Notes: a model not told the origin generated them from the sequence alone. 64,000 nucleotides of DNA from an uncultured delta proteobacterium (GCA_963704165.1 CAVPHD010000005.1:244905-308904); one strand, 5' to 3'; counted from the stretch's first letter, positions 36,350 through 47,018 are shown. Numbers and translations: made by a program.

Positions 36350-37330
36350 GTGTCGATCTCAATTCTGCGTCCGATCTGCTTTCTCCTCGTTTTCGCCGCG
36401 CTCGCCGGATCCGCGGCCGCGCAGGACGTCACGGTCCGCTGGATTCCGCAGCCCGCGCCCGGCATCGTCGGATACAACGTCTACATCGCGCGCATGAGTG
36501 CGGGGGCGCTCGTCGCCGTGCCGATCGACGTCGGGCGGCCGCAACCCGACTCCCAGGGAATTGCGAGCGTGCGCCTGATCGGCATCGATCGGACGGCGCC
36601 GCTGCTCTCGATCGAGATGACGTCCTACGATTCGCTCGGTCGGGAATCGCCGCGTTCCAATCGCGTGCTCCTCGTCGGGGACGGCGAGACGGTTGCAGAG
36701 CCCTCTTGGTCTGCCGACTTCGAGTTCGCGACCATTGGCAACCGGGCCCCCGGATTCATCGACTGGGGCGGGGCGTTCGCGGTCGGCCAGCTCGGCGACG
36801 GGAACCTGGTTTTCGGCTCGACGATTCAGAGCCAGGGTGGACTGAGTGTGTCGCGTCAGATCGGGTGGATGAGCGCGTCGTGGGCACCGTACGAGTTGGA
36901 GGGGCGCATGTCCGTGCTGCTCGGCTCGACGGCTGCGGGCGTGGGGGTGCGCGTCGGAGCCTGGGACCTGAGCTCGGCTTTCCTGCTCGGGGGCGACGCG
37001 TCGGGCGAGTTCGCGCTCGATCAGATCGGAAAGCCGAGCCTGCGCTGCGCGGTTTCGCCGTCGACGGGAGTTCGGATCTCGAGGGGACGCTGGTTCCGCT
37101 TCCGACTGCGCCACACGGCACCGGACGGCCGCGCGCGCCTGCGCGCGAAGATCTGGCGTCCGGGCGACATCGAGCCGAGCCTGTGGCAGGCGGACTGTTG
37201 GACCGACGTTCCTCCGACGAGCGACAACGGCACGTTCGCCCTCTACCAGGCGGGAAACGGAATCACGTACTGGGACGATCTCGTCGTTCGTCCGGTGACG
37301 GGCACGTTCAGTCGTCCGCCGTCCCCGTGA
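36350..37330 (+). CDS. Secreted protein: FN3-like N-terminal domain plus ConA/lectin-like beta-sandwich
   Basis: Signal peptide ending AAA-Q, VTVRW..IVGYNVY..MTSYDSLGRES..SN (FN3-like), WFRFR..RAKIW..EP..W..GTFAL..YWDDLVV. Confidence 0.6.
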   Translation: MSISILRPICFLLVFAALAGSAAAQDVTVRWIPQPAPGIVGYNVYIARMSAGALVAVPIDVGRPQPDSQGIASVRLIGIDRTAPLLSIEMTSYDSLGRESPRSNRVLLVGDGETVAEPSWSADFEFATIGNRAPGFIDWGGAFAVGQLGDGNLVFGSTIQSQGGLSVSRQIGWMSASWAPYELEGRMSVLLGSTAAGVGVRVGAWDLSSAFLLGGDASGEFALDQIGKPSLRCAVSPSTGVRISRGRWFRFRLRHTAPDGRARLRAKIWRPGDIEPSLWQADCWTDVPPTSDNGTFALYQAGNGITYWDDLVVRPVTGTFSRPPSP

Positions 37331-37356
37331 GCCACGCGGACGGGTAAGATCGGCGC

Positions 37357-38238
37357 ATGCCCGACGCCAGCCCGGACTTCGAGCCGCGGAGCTTCGTCTG
37401 CAGGGATGGGCTGCGCTTGTTCTACCGCGACCATCCCGGACCGACACGCCCGGGTGTCACCGCGCTCTGCCTCCACGGCCTGACCCGGAACTCGTGTGAC
37501 TTCGAGGAGCTCGCTCCGCATCTCTCGCGCTCGCGGAGGGTGCTCTGCCTCGATGTCCGCGGCCGCGGTCGCTCGGAGTCCGATGCGCAGCCGTCGCGCT
37601 ACCTGCCGACGACGTACGCGCAGGACGTGATCGAGCTACTCGATCACGCACGCGTCTCGCGCGTGGCCATCATCGGCACGTCGATGGGGGGGATCCTCGC
37701 GCTCTTGCTCGCGACCCTCCGGCCCGAGGCGGTGGCTGCGGTAGTGCTGAACGACATCGGTCCGGTCGTCGATCCGGTCGGCATTGCGCGCATTGCCGGC
37801 TACGTCGGCAAGGGCTCGGAGGCCTCGAGCTGGGAAGAAGCTGCCGGTGCGGTGCAAGCGCTGAACGCCGACTTCTTCCCCGAGTTCGGCCCGTCGGACT
37901 GGCTGCGATTCGCACGCCGCACCTTCCGCGAGGATCCCGATGGAAGACTGCGGCCCGCCTACGATCCCGAGATCGCCCAGGCGACTCGGACGGGCGGCGC
38001 GGTTCCGCCGGATCTCTGGGCACTGTGGTCGGGGCTCGCGTCGATTCCGGCGCTCTCGATCCGAGGTGAGCTCTCCGACATCCTCTCGAACGACACGCTC
38101 GCCGAGATGGCGAGACGCAAGCCGGACCTCGAGATCCTGCGAGTCGCGAATCGCGGCCACGCTCCGACGCTCGACGAGCCCGAGTGCGTCGCGTCGATCG
38201 AGAGCTTTCTCGAGCGAATTCCGGAAGGCGCGGCCTGA
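37357..38238 (+). CDS. Alpha/beta fold hydrolase
   Basis: CLHGLTRN, DVRGRGRS, IGTSMGG, GHAPTL. Confidence 0.9.
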   Translation: MPDASPDFEPRSFVCRDGLRLFYRDHPGPTRPGVTALCLHGLTRNSCDFEELAPHLSRSRRVLCLDVRGRGRSESDAQPSRYLPTTYAQDVIELLDHARVSRVAIIGTSMGGILALLLATLRPEAVAAVVLNDIGPVVDPVGIARIAGYVGKGSEASSWEEAAGAVQALNADFFPEFGPSDWLRFARRTFREDPDGRLRPAYDPEIAQATRTGGAVPPDLWALWSGLASIPALSIRGELSDILSNDTLAEMARRKPDLEILRVANRGHAPTLDEPECVASIESFLERIPEGAA

Positions 38239-38371
38239 GCTTCGAGAACAACGAGGTCGCGACTCAGCGTATGATCCCCCGGGCCATTCTCTACCGGGGC
38301 TCCATGCCGCGCCGAGAACCAGATCGGCGGGTCGCGCTCCTCTTCACCCAGATCACGTCGGAGTTCTGCTG

Positions 38372-39154
38372 ATGCCTTTCGCGAGCGTCAATCGTCACGA
38401 CCTGTACTTCGAGGATTCCGGCGGCAATCGCCCTGCGGTGATCTTCAGCCACGGCTTCCTGCTCGATCACTCGATGTGGAGCGCGCAGGTCGAGGCCCTG
38501 TCCGGGCAGTTCCGCTGCGTCACCTGGGACGAACGCGGCCATGGCATGAGCGACTGCCTGGGGCCGTTCGACTACTACGACTCGGCCTCCGACGCGATCG
38601 GCATCCTCGACCACCTCGGCATCGAGAAGGCGACCTTCGTCGGCATGTCGCAGGGAGGATTCCTGTCGATGCGCGCGGCCGTGAAGTTCGCACCGCGCGT
38701 GAAGTCGCTCGTGCTGATCGACACCGCCGCGGCGTTGTTCTCCGAGGAAGTCCTCGACGGCTACCGTACGATGGCGGACGCGTGGCTCTCGCAGGGGCCG
38801 GTCGGCGAGATCGCGACGAACATGGCGGCACTGATCTTCGGGCCCAAGTACAAGGCGGAGCCGTGGATCGGGAAGTGGCAGTCGAAGCCGCCCTGCGAGT
38901 CCGCGCACCCTTGGGAAACGATGCTGAGTCGCGACGACTTCGTGCCCTATCTGAAGGAAGTCCGCTGCCCGACCCTGGTGATCCACGGGAGCAAGGACGC
39001 CGTCTTCGATCCGGCGACGGCCAAGGGCCTTCGCGACGAGCTCCCCGACTGCAAGGGACTCGTCGTCGTGCGCGGCGCCGCGCACGCTCCGAATATCACC
39101 AACGCGAAGGCCGTGAACGCGGCGCTTCACGAGTTCCTGCGCAAGCACGGCTGA
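38372..39154 (+). CDS. Alpha/beta fold hydrolase (enol-lactone hydrolase-like)
   Basis: FSHGF, WDERGHG, GMSQGG, AAHAPN. Confidence 0.9.
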   Translation: MPFASVNRHDLYFEDSGGNRPAVIFSHGFLLDHSMWSAQVEALSGQFRCVTWDERGHGMSDCLGPFDYYDSASDAIGILDHLGIEKATFVGMSQGGFLSMRAAVKFAPRVKSLVLIDTAAALFSEEVLDGYRTMADAWLSQGPVGEIATNMAALIFGPKYKAEPWIGKWQSKPPCESAHPWETMLSRDDFVPYLKEVRCPTLVIHGSKDAVFDPATAKGLRDELPDCKGLVVVRGAAHAPNITNAKAVNAALHEFLRKHG

Positions 39155-39239
39155 TCGTCGCCGCAACTTCCGGGGGGCTCCCCGGTTCTTCCTCTCGAGC
39201 CGGAAGCCGTGCTTCCGAGCGTGATGAAGGAGATCCCCG

Positions 39240-39617
39240 ATGCGCCTTGGCAAATCCACCCTCGCACTCGCGACGATCGCGGGCCTGTTGCTCATCATTG
39301 GACCTGCGCTCGCGGAGGACGCGCCGCCCCCGAGCGAGGAGTCGCCTCGAAAGCGCGAGCGCGCCGAGTTCTGCAAGCAGAACCCGGACCGTTGCGAAGA
39401 GGCGCGGGCCAAGCGCAAGGCGTTCTGCGCCGAGAATCCCGCGAAGTGCGAGCAGCAACGCGAGCAGATGAAGCAGCGGCGGGCGGAATTCAAGGCGAAG
39501 TGCGAAGCCGATCCCGAGAAGTGCAAGCAGATGAAGCAGCAGCGCCGGGAGCGCTTCAAGAAGAGACAGGGCGCGGGGAATCCTCCTGGCGAAGGGGCGA
39601 AGCCACTTCCCGAATGA
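39240..39617 (+). CDS. Small secreted helical protein with three CxxxPxxC repeats
   Basis: AAGGAG Shine-Dalgarno, signal peptide ALA-E, CKQNPDRC / CAENPAKC / CEADPEKC. Confidence 0.75.
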   Translation: MRLGKSTLALATIAGLLLIIGPALAEDAPPPSEESPRKRERAEFCKQNPDRCEEARAKRKAFCAENPAKCEQQREQMKQRRAEFKAKCEADPEKCKQMKQQRRERFKKRQGAGNPPGEGAKPLPE

Positions 39618-40488
39618 ACCGATCGAGCGTCGCGAGCTTCTGCGCTCTCGGACCGAGCGTGAAGTCGGGAACGATCAGCTCGTCGACACCCGAGTCGCGA
39701 TAGGCGCGCACGGTCTCGCGTACCTCGTCGGCGTTTCCGATGATCGCCGGCCGGCCGATCGGTCGGCTCCGCATCTTCTCGACGAGCGCGCGATCGTCGG
39801 TCAGGAAGAGCAGGGCGACGGCCGATCGCTGGATCGCGCGCGGGGGCCGGCCGAGGTCGGCGCAGTAGCCGTCGAGGATCGCCATCTTGCGGCGCAGGGT
39901 CGCGACGTCACCCCAGACGTTCCACTCGTCGGCGAATCGCGCGGCGATCCGCAGCGTGACCTTCTCACCGCCGCCACCGATCAGGAGAGGGAGCGGACTC
40001 TGACGCGGCTTCGGTTCGAGCACCGCGTTCTCGAGCGCGTAGTGCTTGCCGCGAAACGTCGTCGTCTCGTTCGCGAACAGGCTCTTGATCAGCTCGCATG
40101 TCTCGGCCAGGCGTTCGAGCCGCTCCTTCACGGTGTAGAACGGAATCCCGTACTGGCGATGCTCGTTCTCCTGCCAGCCCGCGCCGAGTCCGAGCACGAG
40201 GCGTCCGCCGCAGAGGTGATCGACGGTCGAAGCCATCTTCGCGAGCACGGCGGGATGGCGATAGGTATTGCCGGTGACGAGCGGGCCAAGGCGGATCCGC
40301 GGCACCGATGCCGCGAGGGCGGCCAAGGTCGTCCACGCTTCGGGCCACGGGACGCGCGTGGCGTCGCCATCGGGCATGAAGTGGTCGGCGCACCAGAGTC
40401 CGTCCCAGCCGGTGGATTCCGCGTGGCGCGCGATCTCGAGCACATCGGGAAACGACTGTGCGGGGCTCGGCCAGACGCTGAATCGCAT
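39556..40488 (-). CDS. LLM-class F420-dependent oxidoreductase (Rv1855c-like)
   Basis: GWDGLWCADHF, LVTGNTYRHPAVLAKMASTVDH, GLGAGWQENEH, IGGGGEK. Confidence 0.88.
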   Translation of the reverse strand: MRFSVWPSPAQSFPDVLEIARHAESTGWDGLWCADHFMPDGDATRVPWPEAWTTLAALAASVPRIRLGPLVTGNTYRHPAVLAKMASTVDHLCGGRLVLGLGAGWQENEHRQYGIPFYTVKERLERLAETCELIKSLFANETTTFRGKHYALENAVLEPKPRQSPLPLLIGGGGEKVTLRIAARFADEWNVWGDVATLRRKMAILDGYCADLGRPPRAIQRSAVALLFLTDDRALVEKMRSRPIGRPAIIGNADEVRETVRAYRDSGVDELIVPDFTLGPRAQKLATLDRFIREVASPLRQEDSPRPVSS

Positions 40489-40502
40489 GAGGGCCTCCGT
40501 CT

Positions 40503-41048
40503 TCAGGTTCCAGGGAACTTGGCGTGATGGGCACCGACGATGAAGACCGCGATGCGTGCGGGTACGTGGCCGCGATTGTGCCAGGCGTGGCGTGTGCCGT
40601 TCTGCACGACCGTGTCGCCCGCGCGAAGATGTGCCACGACACCGTCGTCGAGCTCGAGCCAGACTTCTCCCTCGAGCACGACCTCGAAATCGATCGTCGC
40701 AGTCGTGTGCATGCCGGGCGCGTCGGCCTCCATGTGGCTCGAGAGTCCGGGAAGCGCCGACTCGAGCTCCTTCACCGCGGCGGGAAGATCCGCGACCGCT
40801 GGCCGGGACTGCGAATCGGGCGGGAGCGTGAACATTCCGAAGCGGAAGCCGCCGACCGGCGGAAAGTACGGGTTCTGCGCCGGGGGCGAGCCATCGTCGG
40901 GAAAGGACGGTTCGCGGTTCCCGCCCCAGAGTCGATGAAACTCGGAGCCCGGCAGGAGCTCCGGCGTGATCGGAGCGACCTGAGCATCCGAGGCGATGAT
41001 CGCCTTTCCGAAGCGGTCATGTCCGGTGACGACGCGGCGGACCTTCAT
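40503..41048 (-). CDS. Cupin domain protein
   Basis: RRVVTGHD, GMHTTATIDF, GDTVVQNGTRHAWHN. Confidence 0.88.
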   Translation of the reverse strand: MKVRRVVTGHDRFGKAIIASDAQVAPITPELLPGSEFHRLWGGNREPSFPDDGSPPAQNPYFPPVGGFRFGMFTLPPDSQSRPAVADLPAAVKELESALPGLSSHMEADAPGMHTTATIDFEVVLEGEVWLELDDGVVAHLRAGDTVVQNGTRHAWHNRGHVPARIAVFIVGAHHAKFPGT

Positions 41049-41126
41049 CTTCGCCCTCCTCTCCGGCTAGTATGGCGCGATTCCAGGCCGAGTGAGCCCT
41101 TCTGTTCGACTCTGCGAGGGGGTGCG

Positions 41127-42047
41127 ATGACGATCGGAAGCGAGCGATTCCGCGGCGCGCTTCTCGGATTGGCCTGCGGCGACGCCGTCGGTACGACGGT
41201 CGAGTTCCGCGAGCGCGGAAGCTTCGCGAGGCTCGAGGACATGACCGGGGGCGGGCCGTTTGCGCTCCGCCCCGGGGACTGGACCGACGACACCTCGATG
41301 GCGCTCTGCCTGGCACGAAGCCTGGTCGAGACCGGGCGCTTCGACGCGCTCGACCAGATGCAGCGCTACTTACGCTGGTGGCACGAGGGCTATCTCTCGA
41401 GCACGGGCCGGTGCTTCGACATCGGCGTCACCGTCCGCGACGCGCTCGGCCGCTTCCGCGCGACCGGCGATCCGTTCAGCGGTTCGACCGATCCGAGGTC
41501 GTCGGGGAACGGATCGCTGATGCGGCTCGCGCCCGTGCCGATGTTCTACGCGCCCGACGCCTCGCGGGCGATCCACTTCTCGGCCGAGAGTTCGCGGACG
41601 ACACACGGAAGTGACGAGGCGGTCGATGCCTGCCGGCTCTTCGCGGCGATGCTCGTTCGCGCGCTCTCCGGCTCCGATCGCGAGGCCGTGCTCGCCGCGG
41701 GCGAGGATCTCGGCGACGGGTCTCGCCCGCTCGCGCCGAAGATCGCTTCGATCGCGGGCGGCGCGTACCAGGCGAAGCGCGAGCGCGACGTCCGCGGCAC
41801 CGGCTACGTCGTCGCGTCGCTCGAGGCCGCCCTCTGGAGCTTCGCGACAACGACGAGCTATCGCGACGCGATCCTGCGCGCGGCGAATCTGGGCGACGAC
41901 GCCGACACGACCGCGGCGATCTGCGGCCAGATCGCGGGTGCCTTCTACGGCGAGTCGGGGATTCCCGAGGCCTGGCGTGAGAAGATCGCGATGCGCGAGC
42001 TGATCGGGGAAACCGCGGATGCCCTTCACCAAGCGAGACCTGCCTGA
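41127..42047 (+). CDS. ADP-ribosylglycohydrolase (ARH/DraG family)
   Basis: GLACGDAVG, WTDDTSM, GNGSLMR, TTH, NLGDDADTTAAICGQIAGA. Confidence 0.93.
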   Translation: MTIGSERFRGALLGLACGDAVGTTVEFRERGSFARLEDMTGGGPFALRPGDWTDDTSMALCLARSLVETGRFDALDQMQRYLRWWHEGYLSSTGRCFDIGVTVRDALGRFRATGDPFSGSTDPRSSGNGSLMRLAPVPMFYAPDASRAIHFSAESSRTTHGSDEAVDACRLFAAMLVRALSGSDREAVLAAGEDLGDGSRPLAPKIASIAGGAYQAKRERDVRGTGYVVASLEAALWSFATTTSYRDAILRAANLGDDADTTAAICGQIAGAFYGESGIPEAWREKIAMRELIGETADALHQARPA

Positions 42048-42569
42048 CCGGACCTGGTGGATCGAGCGCGGGCGCGTGCTCGGTGGCGCGTATCCCTTCG
42101 ACCTCGATCCCGAGAAGGCGCGCGCGCGCCTCGAGGCGATCCTCGACGTCGGCATCTCCACCTTCGTGAACTTGATGGAGGAGAACGAGACGAACTACGA
42201 CGGGAAACCGTTCGCGAGCTACGCCGCGGACGCGGAGTCGCTCGCGCGGCGCGCGGGATCGAGCTCGAGATCGCGCGCTTCCCGATCGTCGATCTCGACG
42301 TTCCGAGGCTCGCGCGAATGCGCGAGATCCAGGCCTTCATCGACGGGCACCGCGAGCGCGGACGGCTCTGCTACGTGCACTGTTGGGGCGGGCGCGGTCG
42401 CACCGGAACGGTCGCCGGCGTGTACATGATTCGTCGCGACCTCGCGAAGCTCGACGACTTCGTCGACGTGATCCGCGAGCGGCGGCGCTTCGACTCCGGC
42501 GGTGGACGCTCGCCCGAAACCGACGAGCAGAGGGACTTCGTGCGGCGGTATCCGTTCAGCGATCGCTGA
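42019..42569 (+). CDS. Dual-specificity/tyrosine phosphatase-like protein (frameshift at about 42255)
   Basis: GGAYP, FVNLMEENE, RFPIVDLDVP, YVHCWGGRGRTG (CX5R), SPETDEQ. Confidence 0.85.
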
Positions 42570-43618
42570 GCGCGCGCACCAGAGTCAGCGCCGAGCTCGC
42601 GAGCCCGTCGATCTGCGCACGGAACGCGTTCGTGTCGGCCTTCCCGCCCATCACGCCCTTCAGGTACCGCGCCATCACGCCCTCGACGATTGCGGCGAGG
42701 CGCCAGTACTGGAACGCGCGGTAGTAGTCGACGTTCGTGATCTGGCGTCCCGTCAGGTTCGAGTACATCGCGAGGACCTCGGATCGCGTCTGGAATCCGC
42801 CCGCCGCCGATGGTGACGCCGCGGCCGCAGCGCTGCCGCCGACCTCGCCCGGCTCGGCCCAGTTGTTCATCAGGTATCCGAGATCGGCGAGCACGTCGCC
42901 GAGCGTGCAGAAGCTCCCAGTCGAGCACCGCCGCGATGCGCGCGTTCTCGCCCGTGATGCAGTTCCCGAGCCGGTAGTCTCCGTGCACGATTCCCGTGTA
43001 CTTCTGCTCGGGCATCAGCGCGATCAGCGCCTCGTGCACCTCCTCCATCGCGGGAAGTTCGCGTGTCTTCGACTTCTCCCACTGCGTTCGCCAGCGCTTC
43101 AACTGGCGTGGGAGGTACGCTTCCTTTCGGCCGAGCTCGCCGAGGCCGATCGCATCCGGATCGACGCGGTGCAGGCGCGCGAGCACCGAAATCAGGGACT
43201 CGCCGATCTCGCGCCGCTTCTCGGCCGTGAACAGCCGCGAAACGGACGCGGAATCGGTGATCACGTGGCCCGCGACGAACTTCATCACGTAGAAGGGGGC
43301 GTCGTTCACCGAGACGTCGTCGCACATCCCCAATGCGGGTGGAACCGGCACCTCCGTCTTCGCGCCGATCGCGGCGATGATCCGGTGCTCGCGTCCCATG
43401 TCGTGCGCGGTCGCGAGCACCGCACCCAGCGGTGGCCGGCGCAGAACGAAGAGCTCGCCGTCGTCGGCCGTCACCCGGTAGGTCAGGTTCGAGTGGCCGC
43501 CGGCGATCAGCTCGAAGCGGAACGGCGCCTTCGCGCCCGCGATGTGCTTCGCGAGCCACCCGCTCACGCGCGCCTCGTGGATGCCGCGGACGTCGCTCGA
43601 ACCCGTGCTCTCGCTCAT
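42556..43618 (-). CDS. APH-type phosphotransferase family protein (ACAD10/11 N-terminal-like; frameshift at about 42910)
   Basis: GGHSNLTY, VLRRPP, AHDMGRE, HGDYRLGN, VLDWEL/CTLGD.LADLG. Confidence 0.85.
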
Positions 43619-44421
43619 TTCCGCATGGTATCCGATACGGGGAATTCGACGCGGACACGGCCGAGCGGGCCGAAGTCCGACTCGGCAGCGTCGCCGGGAT
43701 CGAGCGCGAGGATGTCCATGCAGCAGCCGGTGGTGACGATCTCGCCCGGCTCGAGCGCTCGCCCCATGCGCGCGAGTTCGTTCGCGAGCCAGCGCAGTGC
43801 CTCGAGGGGCGAACCGATCACGTTCGCGCCCCGCCCGCGAGAGGCTTCGCGCCCGTTCACCGACGTGATGACCTCGAGGGCGGCGAGGTCGAGCGCGCGC
43901 ACGTCTTCGAACGGCGCGCCGCCGACCCAGTGCGAGCCGAGCGCGTTGTCCGCGACGGCGTCGAGCGGGGCGACCTTCTGCCAGTCTGCGTAGCGCGTGT
44001 CGGCGATCTCGATCGACGGAATCACCGCCGCCACGGATTCGGTCACTCGCTCGAGGTCGAACGGCGCATCTCGCGCGGGAAGTGCGCGCGCCATGCGGAA
44101 CGCGAACTCGGTTTCGACGAGGCGGTTGAAGAAGCGTCCGGAATCGAGGCGCGCGGGACTCCGTGCGATCCGCCCCTCCAGCAGTCGGCCGAACATCGGT
44201 GAGGGAATGCCGAGGCGTTTCTGCACCTCCGGGTTGATGTACGCGATCTTGTAGCCCACCGGGCGGCCGAGAAGCGCCACGAAGCGGTCCTGAATCGCGT
44301 ACGCCTCGGCCGGGCTCGCGGGACGTGTCCGGTCGGGAAGTTCGACGAGCGCCTTGCGCGTCGTATCCGCGTCGAAGAGCGAAGCGGCCGCACGCTCGAT
44401 CCGGGTCGTCGCGTCCATCAT
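43615..44421 (-). CDS. 2-keto-4-pentenoate hydratase / FAH superfamily protein
   Basis: AYAIQ, VGYKI, VETEFAF, IEIADTRY, ADNA, GEIVTTG. Confidence 0.85.
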   Translation of the reverse strand: MMDATTRIERAAASLFDADTTRKALVELPDRTRPASPAEAYAIQDRFVALLGRPVGYKIAYINPEVQKRLGIPSPMFGRLLEGRIARSPARLDSGRFFNRLVETEFAFRMARALPARDAPFDLERVTESVAAVIPSIEIADTRYADWQKVAPLDAVADNALGSHWVGGAPFEDVRALDLAALEVITSVNGREASRGRGANVIGSPLEALRWLANELARMGRALEPGEIVTTGCCMDILALDPGDAAESDFGPLGRVRVEFPVSDTMRK

Positions 44422-44428
44422 TCGACCT

Positions 44429-45931
44429 TCATCGCGCGGCGTCCCAGAGGCGGCGGGTCACGGGATCGGGATCGAGCGCGAGCTCGCACTTCGCGCCGAG
44501 GATCATCGTCTCGCGACGCTCGGTGGTGTAGGCGAGCCATTCGGGGAGCGCGCGGGCGCTCGGCGCGCCGGTGTGCGCGAACCGCGCCCACGCGTCCACC
44601 ATTCGCGCTTCGAGAAGCTCGACATCGGGTCCGCTTCCGGCGAACGCGCGCCCCGCATCGCTTCGGACGTTGCCGAAGACGAACGGCAGCTCGGCCGCGT
44701 GACAGGCGCCGAGCGAGAAATCGAGCGGCGCTGCCGGCCGGGTGAAGTGGTACGTGTGTACGTCCGCGCCCGCTTTGCGCTGCGCGTCCGCGAGCTGCAG
44801 AGCCGGGATCCGGTAGACGCGGTCGGTTTCGATCGCACAGAAGAGGTCGAGGGGCGTCGTGCCGACACGGGATTCACCCGATCGCCGGTAGCCCTCGATC
44901 AGCGCGCGCGCTCGTTCGGGGTCGCGATCCGGCACGCGCTCGGTCATGCGAGCGAGCAGGCCGGCCTCGTCGAGGCGGCGCAGCCTGGGATCCATGGCGG
45001 CGAAGAGCTTCCACTCGTCGCGGTTGCTCCCGACCAGAAGCGGGACGTCGCGCGACAGCCCGGTTCGAATCGCGTCGAGCGGCGGTTCCTGGAGCACGAT
45101 CCCGTCGATCACCGGCTGGAACGGCAACCAGCCCGGGGTGCCGACGCGCCGCGCGACGACACGGCCCTGCGCCTCGAGCAGGGTCGCGATCGGGACTTCG
45201 CGCAGCGCCTGCATCGATCCTCGTGCGATGCCGATCTCGCGCAGGAACTCGTCCGCGACTGCGCGAGCGCTCGCCTCGTCGTGGAAGTGGCTGGCTGCGC
45301 CGCTCTGCGCGATCGCGCGTTGGAAAAGGCCGCGTGCCGCCGGCGTGCCGAGCAGCGCGGCGACGCTGCGTCCGCCCGAAGACTCGCCGAAGATCGTCAC
45401 GTTCTCGGGGTCGCCCCCGAGCGCGGCCGCGTTGTCCCGCACCCAGGCGAGTGCCTCGATCTGATCGAGCAGCCCGAGATTGGCCGGCGCACCGACGTGG
45501 AGAAAGCCGAGCGCGCCGAGTCTGTAGTTGATCGTCACGACGACCACGTTGCCGCGCGCGACGAGCCCGGTCGGGTCGTAGCGGCCCTGCGAACCCGAGC
45601 CGACGGTGAATCCTCCGCCGTGGATCCAGATCAGAACGGGCCGACGGCCGTCGTCTGAAGCCGGCGTCCAGGCATTCAGATACAGGCAGTCCTCGCTCTG
45701 CGGCCCGACACTCGCGCCGGGCAGTGCACCGACGTCGAACTCGACCTGCGGTGCGGAGCCACCGAACGCGTGGGCCTCGCGCACGCCGGTCCAGGTCTCC
45801 GGCGGCTCGGGCGGTCGGAATCGACGATCACCGACGGGCGCGCGCGCGTACGGGATGCCGAGAAAGCGCGCGACACCGTCGTGCACGCGGCCCGCGAGCT
45901 TGCCACTCGTCGTTTCGACCACCGGATTCAC
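44429..45931 (-). CDS. Type-B carboxylesterase (PnbA-like)
   Basis: FLGIPYA, SEDCLYLN, WIHGGG, NYRLG, FGESSGG, ACHAAELPFVFG. Confidence 0.93.
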   Translation of the reverse strand: MNPVVETTSGKLAGRVHDGVARFLGIPYARAPVGDRRFRPPEPPETWTGVREAHAFGGSAPQVEFDVGALPGASVGPQSEDCLYLNAWTPASDDGRRPVLIWIHGGGFTVGSGSQGRYDPTGLVARGNVVVVTINYRLGALGFLHVGAPANLGLLDQIEALAWVRDNAAALGGDPENVTIFGESSGGRSVAALLGTPAARGLFQRAIAQSGAASHFHDEASARAVADEFLREIGIARGSMQALREVPIATLLEAQGRVVARRVGTPGWLPFQPVIDGIVLQEPPLDAIRTGLSRDVPLLVGSNRDEWKLFAAMDPRLRRLDEAGLLARMTERVPDRDPERARALIEGYRRSGESRVGTTPLDLFCAIETDRVYRIPALQLADAQRKAGADVHTYHFTRPAAPLDFSLGACHAAELPFVFGNVRSDAGRAFAGSGPDVELLEARMVDAWARFAHTGAPSARALPEWLAYTTERRETMILGAKCELALDPDPVTRRLWDAAR

Positions 45932-45971
45932 GCGTGCGCGAGGCTATCACGCGAAGTTTGCGAAGAGTGAC

Positions 45972-47018
45972 TCAGGCGCTCGGGTCGAGCATGACCTTCA
46001 TCACGCCGTCCCGCCGCGAGTCGAAGAGATCGTAGGCCTCGGGTCCCTTCGAGAGCGGGAGCCGGTGCGTGAAGAGCTTCTGCGGACGCAGGCGGCCGGA
46101 TTGCAGGAGCGGGACCAGATCGCTCCACAGTCCGGGAACCGGGCAGATGCCGATCCGGAAGGTCAGGTTCTTCATCAGCGCAAGCAGCATCGGGAACTGA
46201 AACGCCAGGTTCGCGTTGACGCCGATCACCGAGAGCACCCCGGCCGCGCGTACGAGTTGCAACCCGAGCAGGATCGTCTCGTCCGCGCCGACGGCCTCGA
46301 TCACCGCGTCGGGACCCTGGCCCGACGTCGCCTCGAGAATCGCGCCGATCGGATCCGCGGCCGCGTCGATCGGGATGGCCCCGAGCGCCTGCGCGGCCGC
46401 GAGTCGCTCGGGCACCCGATCGATCGCGAAGATGCGCGCGGGGCCGAAGAGCTGTGCGCATTCGAGAGCGCACTGGCCGACGGGGCCAAGCCCGATCACC
46501 GCGACGCTCTGGCCGGGGCGGATGTCCGCGTTCTTCGCGCCGAAGTAGCCGGTCGGCAGGATGTCGGTGAGCAAGACCGCCTGCTCGACACTGATGCCGT
46601 CGGGAACACGCAGGAGCGAGCTGTCCGCCGCCGGCACCGCGACCGCCTCGGCCTGGCTGCCGGGCAGCTCGCGCGAGTTCCCGAAGACTCGCATCTGGTG
46701 CTGCTCGCAGCGGACCGGGTGACCGGCGGTGCAGGGGCCGCAGAGTCCGCATCCGATCGCGCCCGAGACGATCACGCGGTCGCCGGTGCGGAAGCGGCGC
46801 ACGTCGCTTCCCGTCTCGACGATCTCGCCGATCGATTCGTGCCCGAGCGTGAAACCGGGTGGAACCGGCAGCGTTCCGTGGTAGAGGTGCAGATCCGACC
46901 CGCAAATCGCGGTTCGCTCGACGCGCACGACGACGCTTCGCGAGTCGCGCGGGGTGGGATCGGGAAGTGACTCGAGCCGGACGTCCGCCTTGCCGTGATA
47001 GACGAGCGCGCGAATCAA
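45972..47018 (-). CDS. Zn-dependent medium-chain alcohol dehydrogenase
   Basis: ICGSDLH, GHE, CGLCGPC..C, LTDILPTGY, GLGPVG. Confidence 0.92.
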   Translation of the reverse strand: MIRALVYHGKADVRLESLPDPTPRDSRSVVVRVERTAICGSDLHLYHGTLPVPPGFTLGHESIGEIVETGSDVRRFRTGDRVIVSGAIGCGLCGPCTAGHPVRCEQHQMRVFGNSRELPGSQAEAVAVPAADSSLLRVPDGISVEQAVLLTDILPTGYFGAKNADIRPGQSVAVIGLGPVGQCALECAQLFGPARIFAIDRVPERLAAAQALGAIPIDAAADPIGAILEATSGQGPDAVIEAVGADETILLGLQLVRAAGVLSVIGVNANLAFQFPMLLALMKNLTFRIGICPVPGLWSDLVPLLQSGRLRPQKLFTHRLPLSKGPEAYDLFDSRRDGVMKVMLDPSA

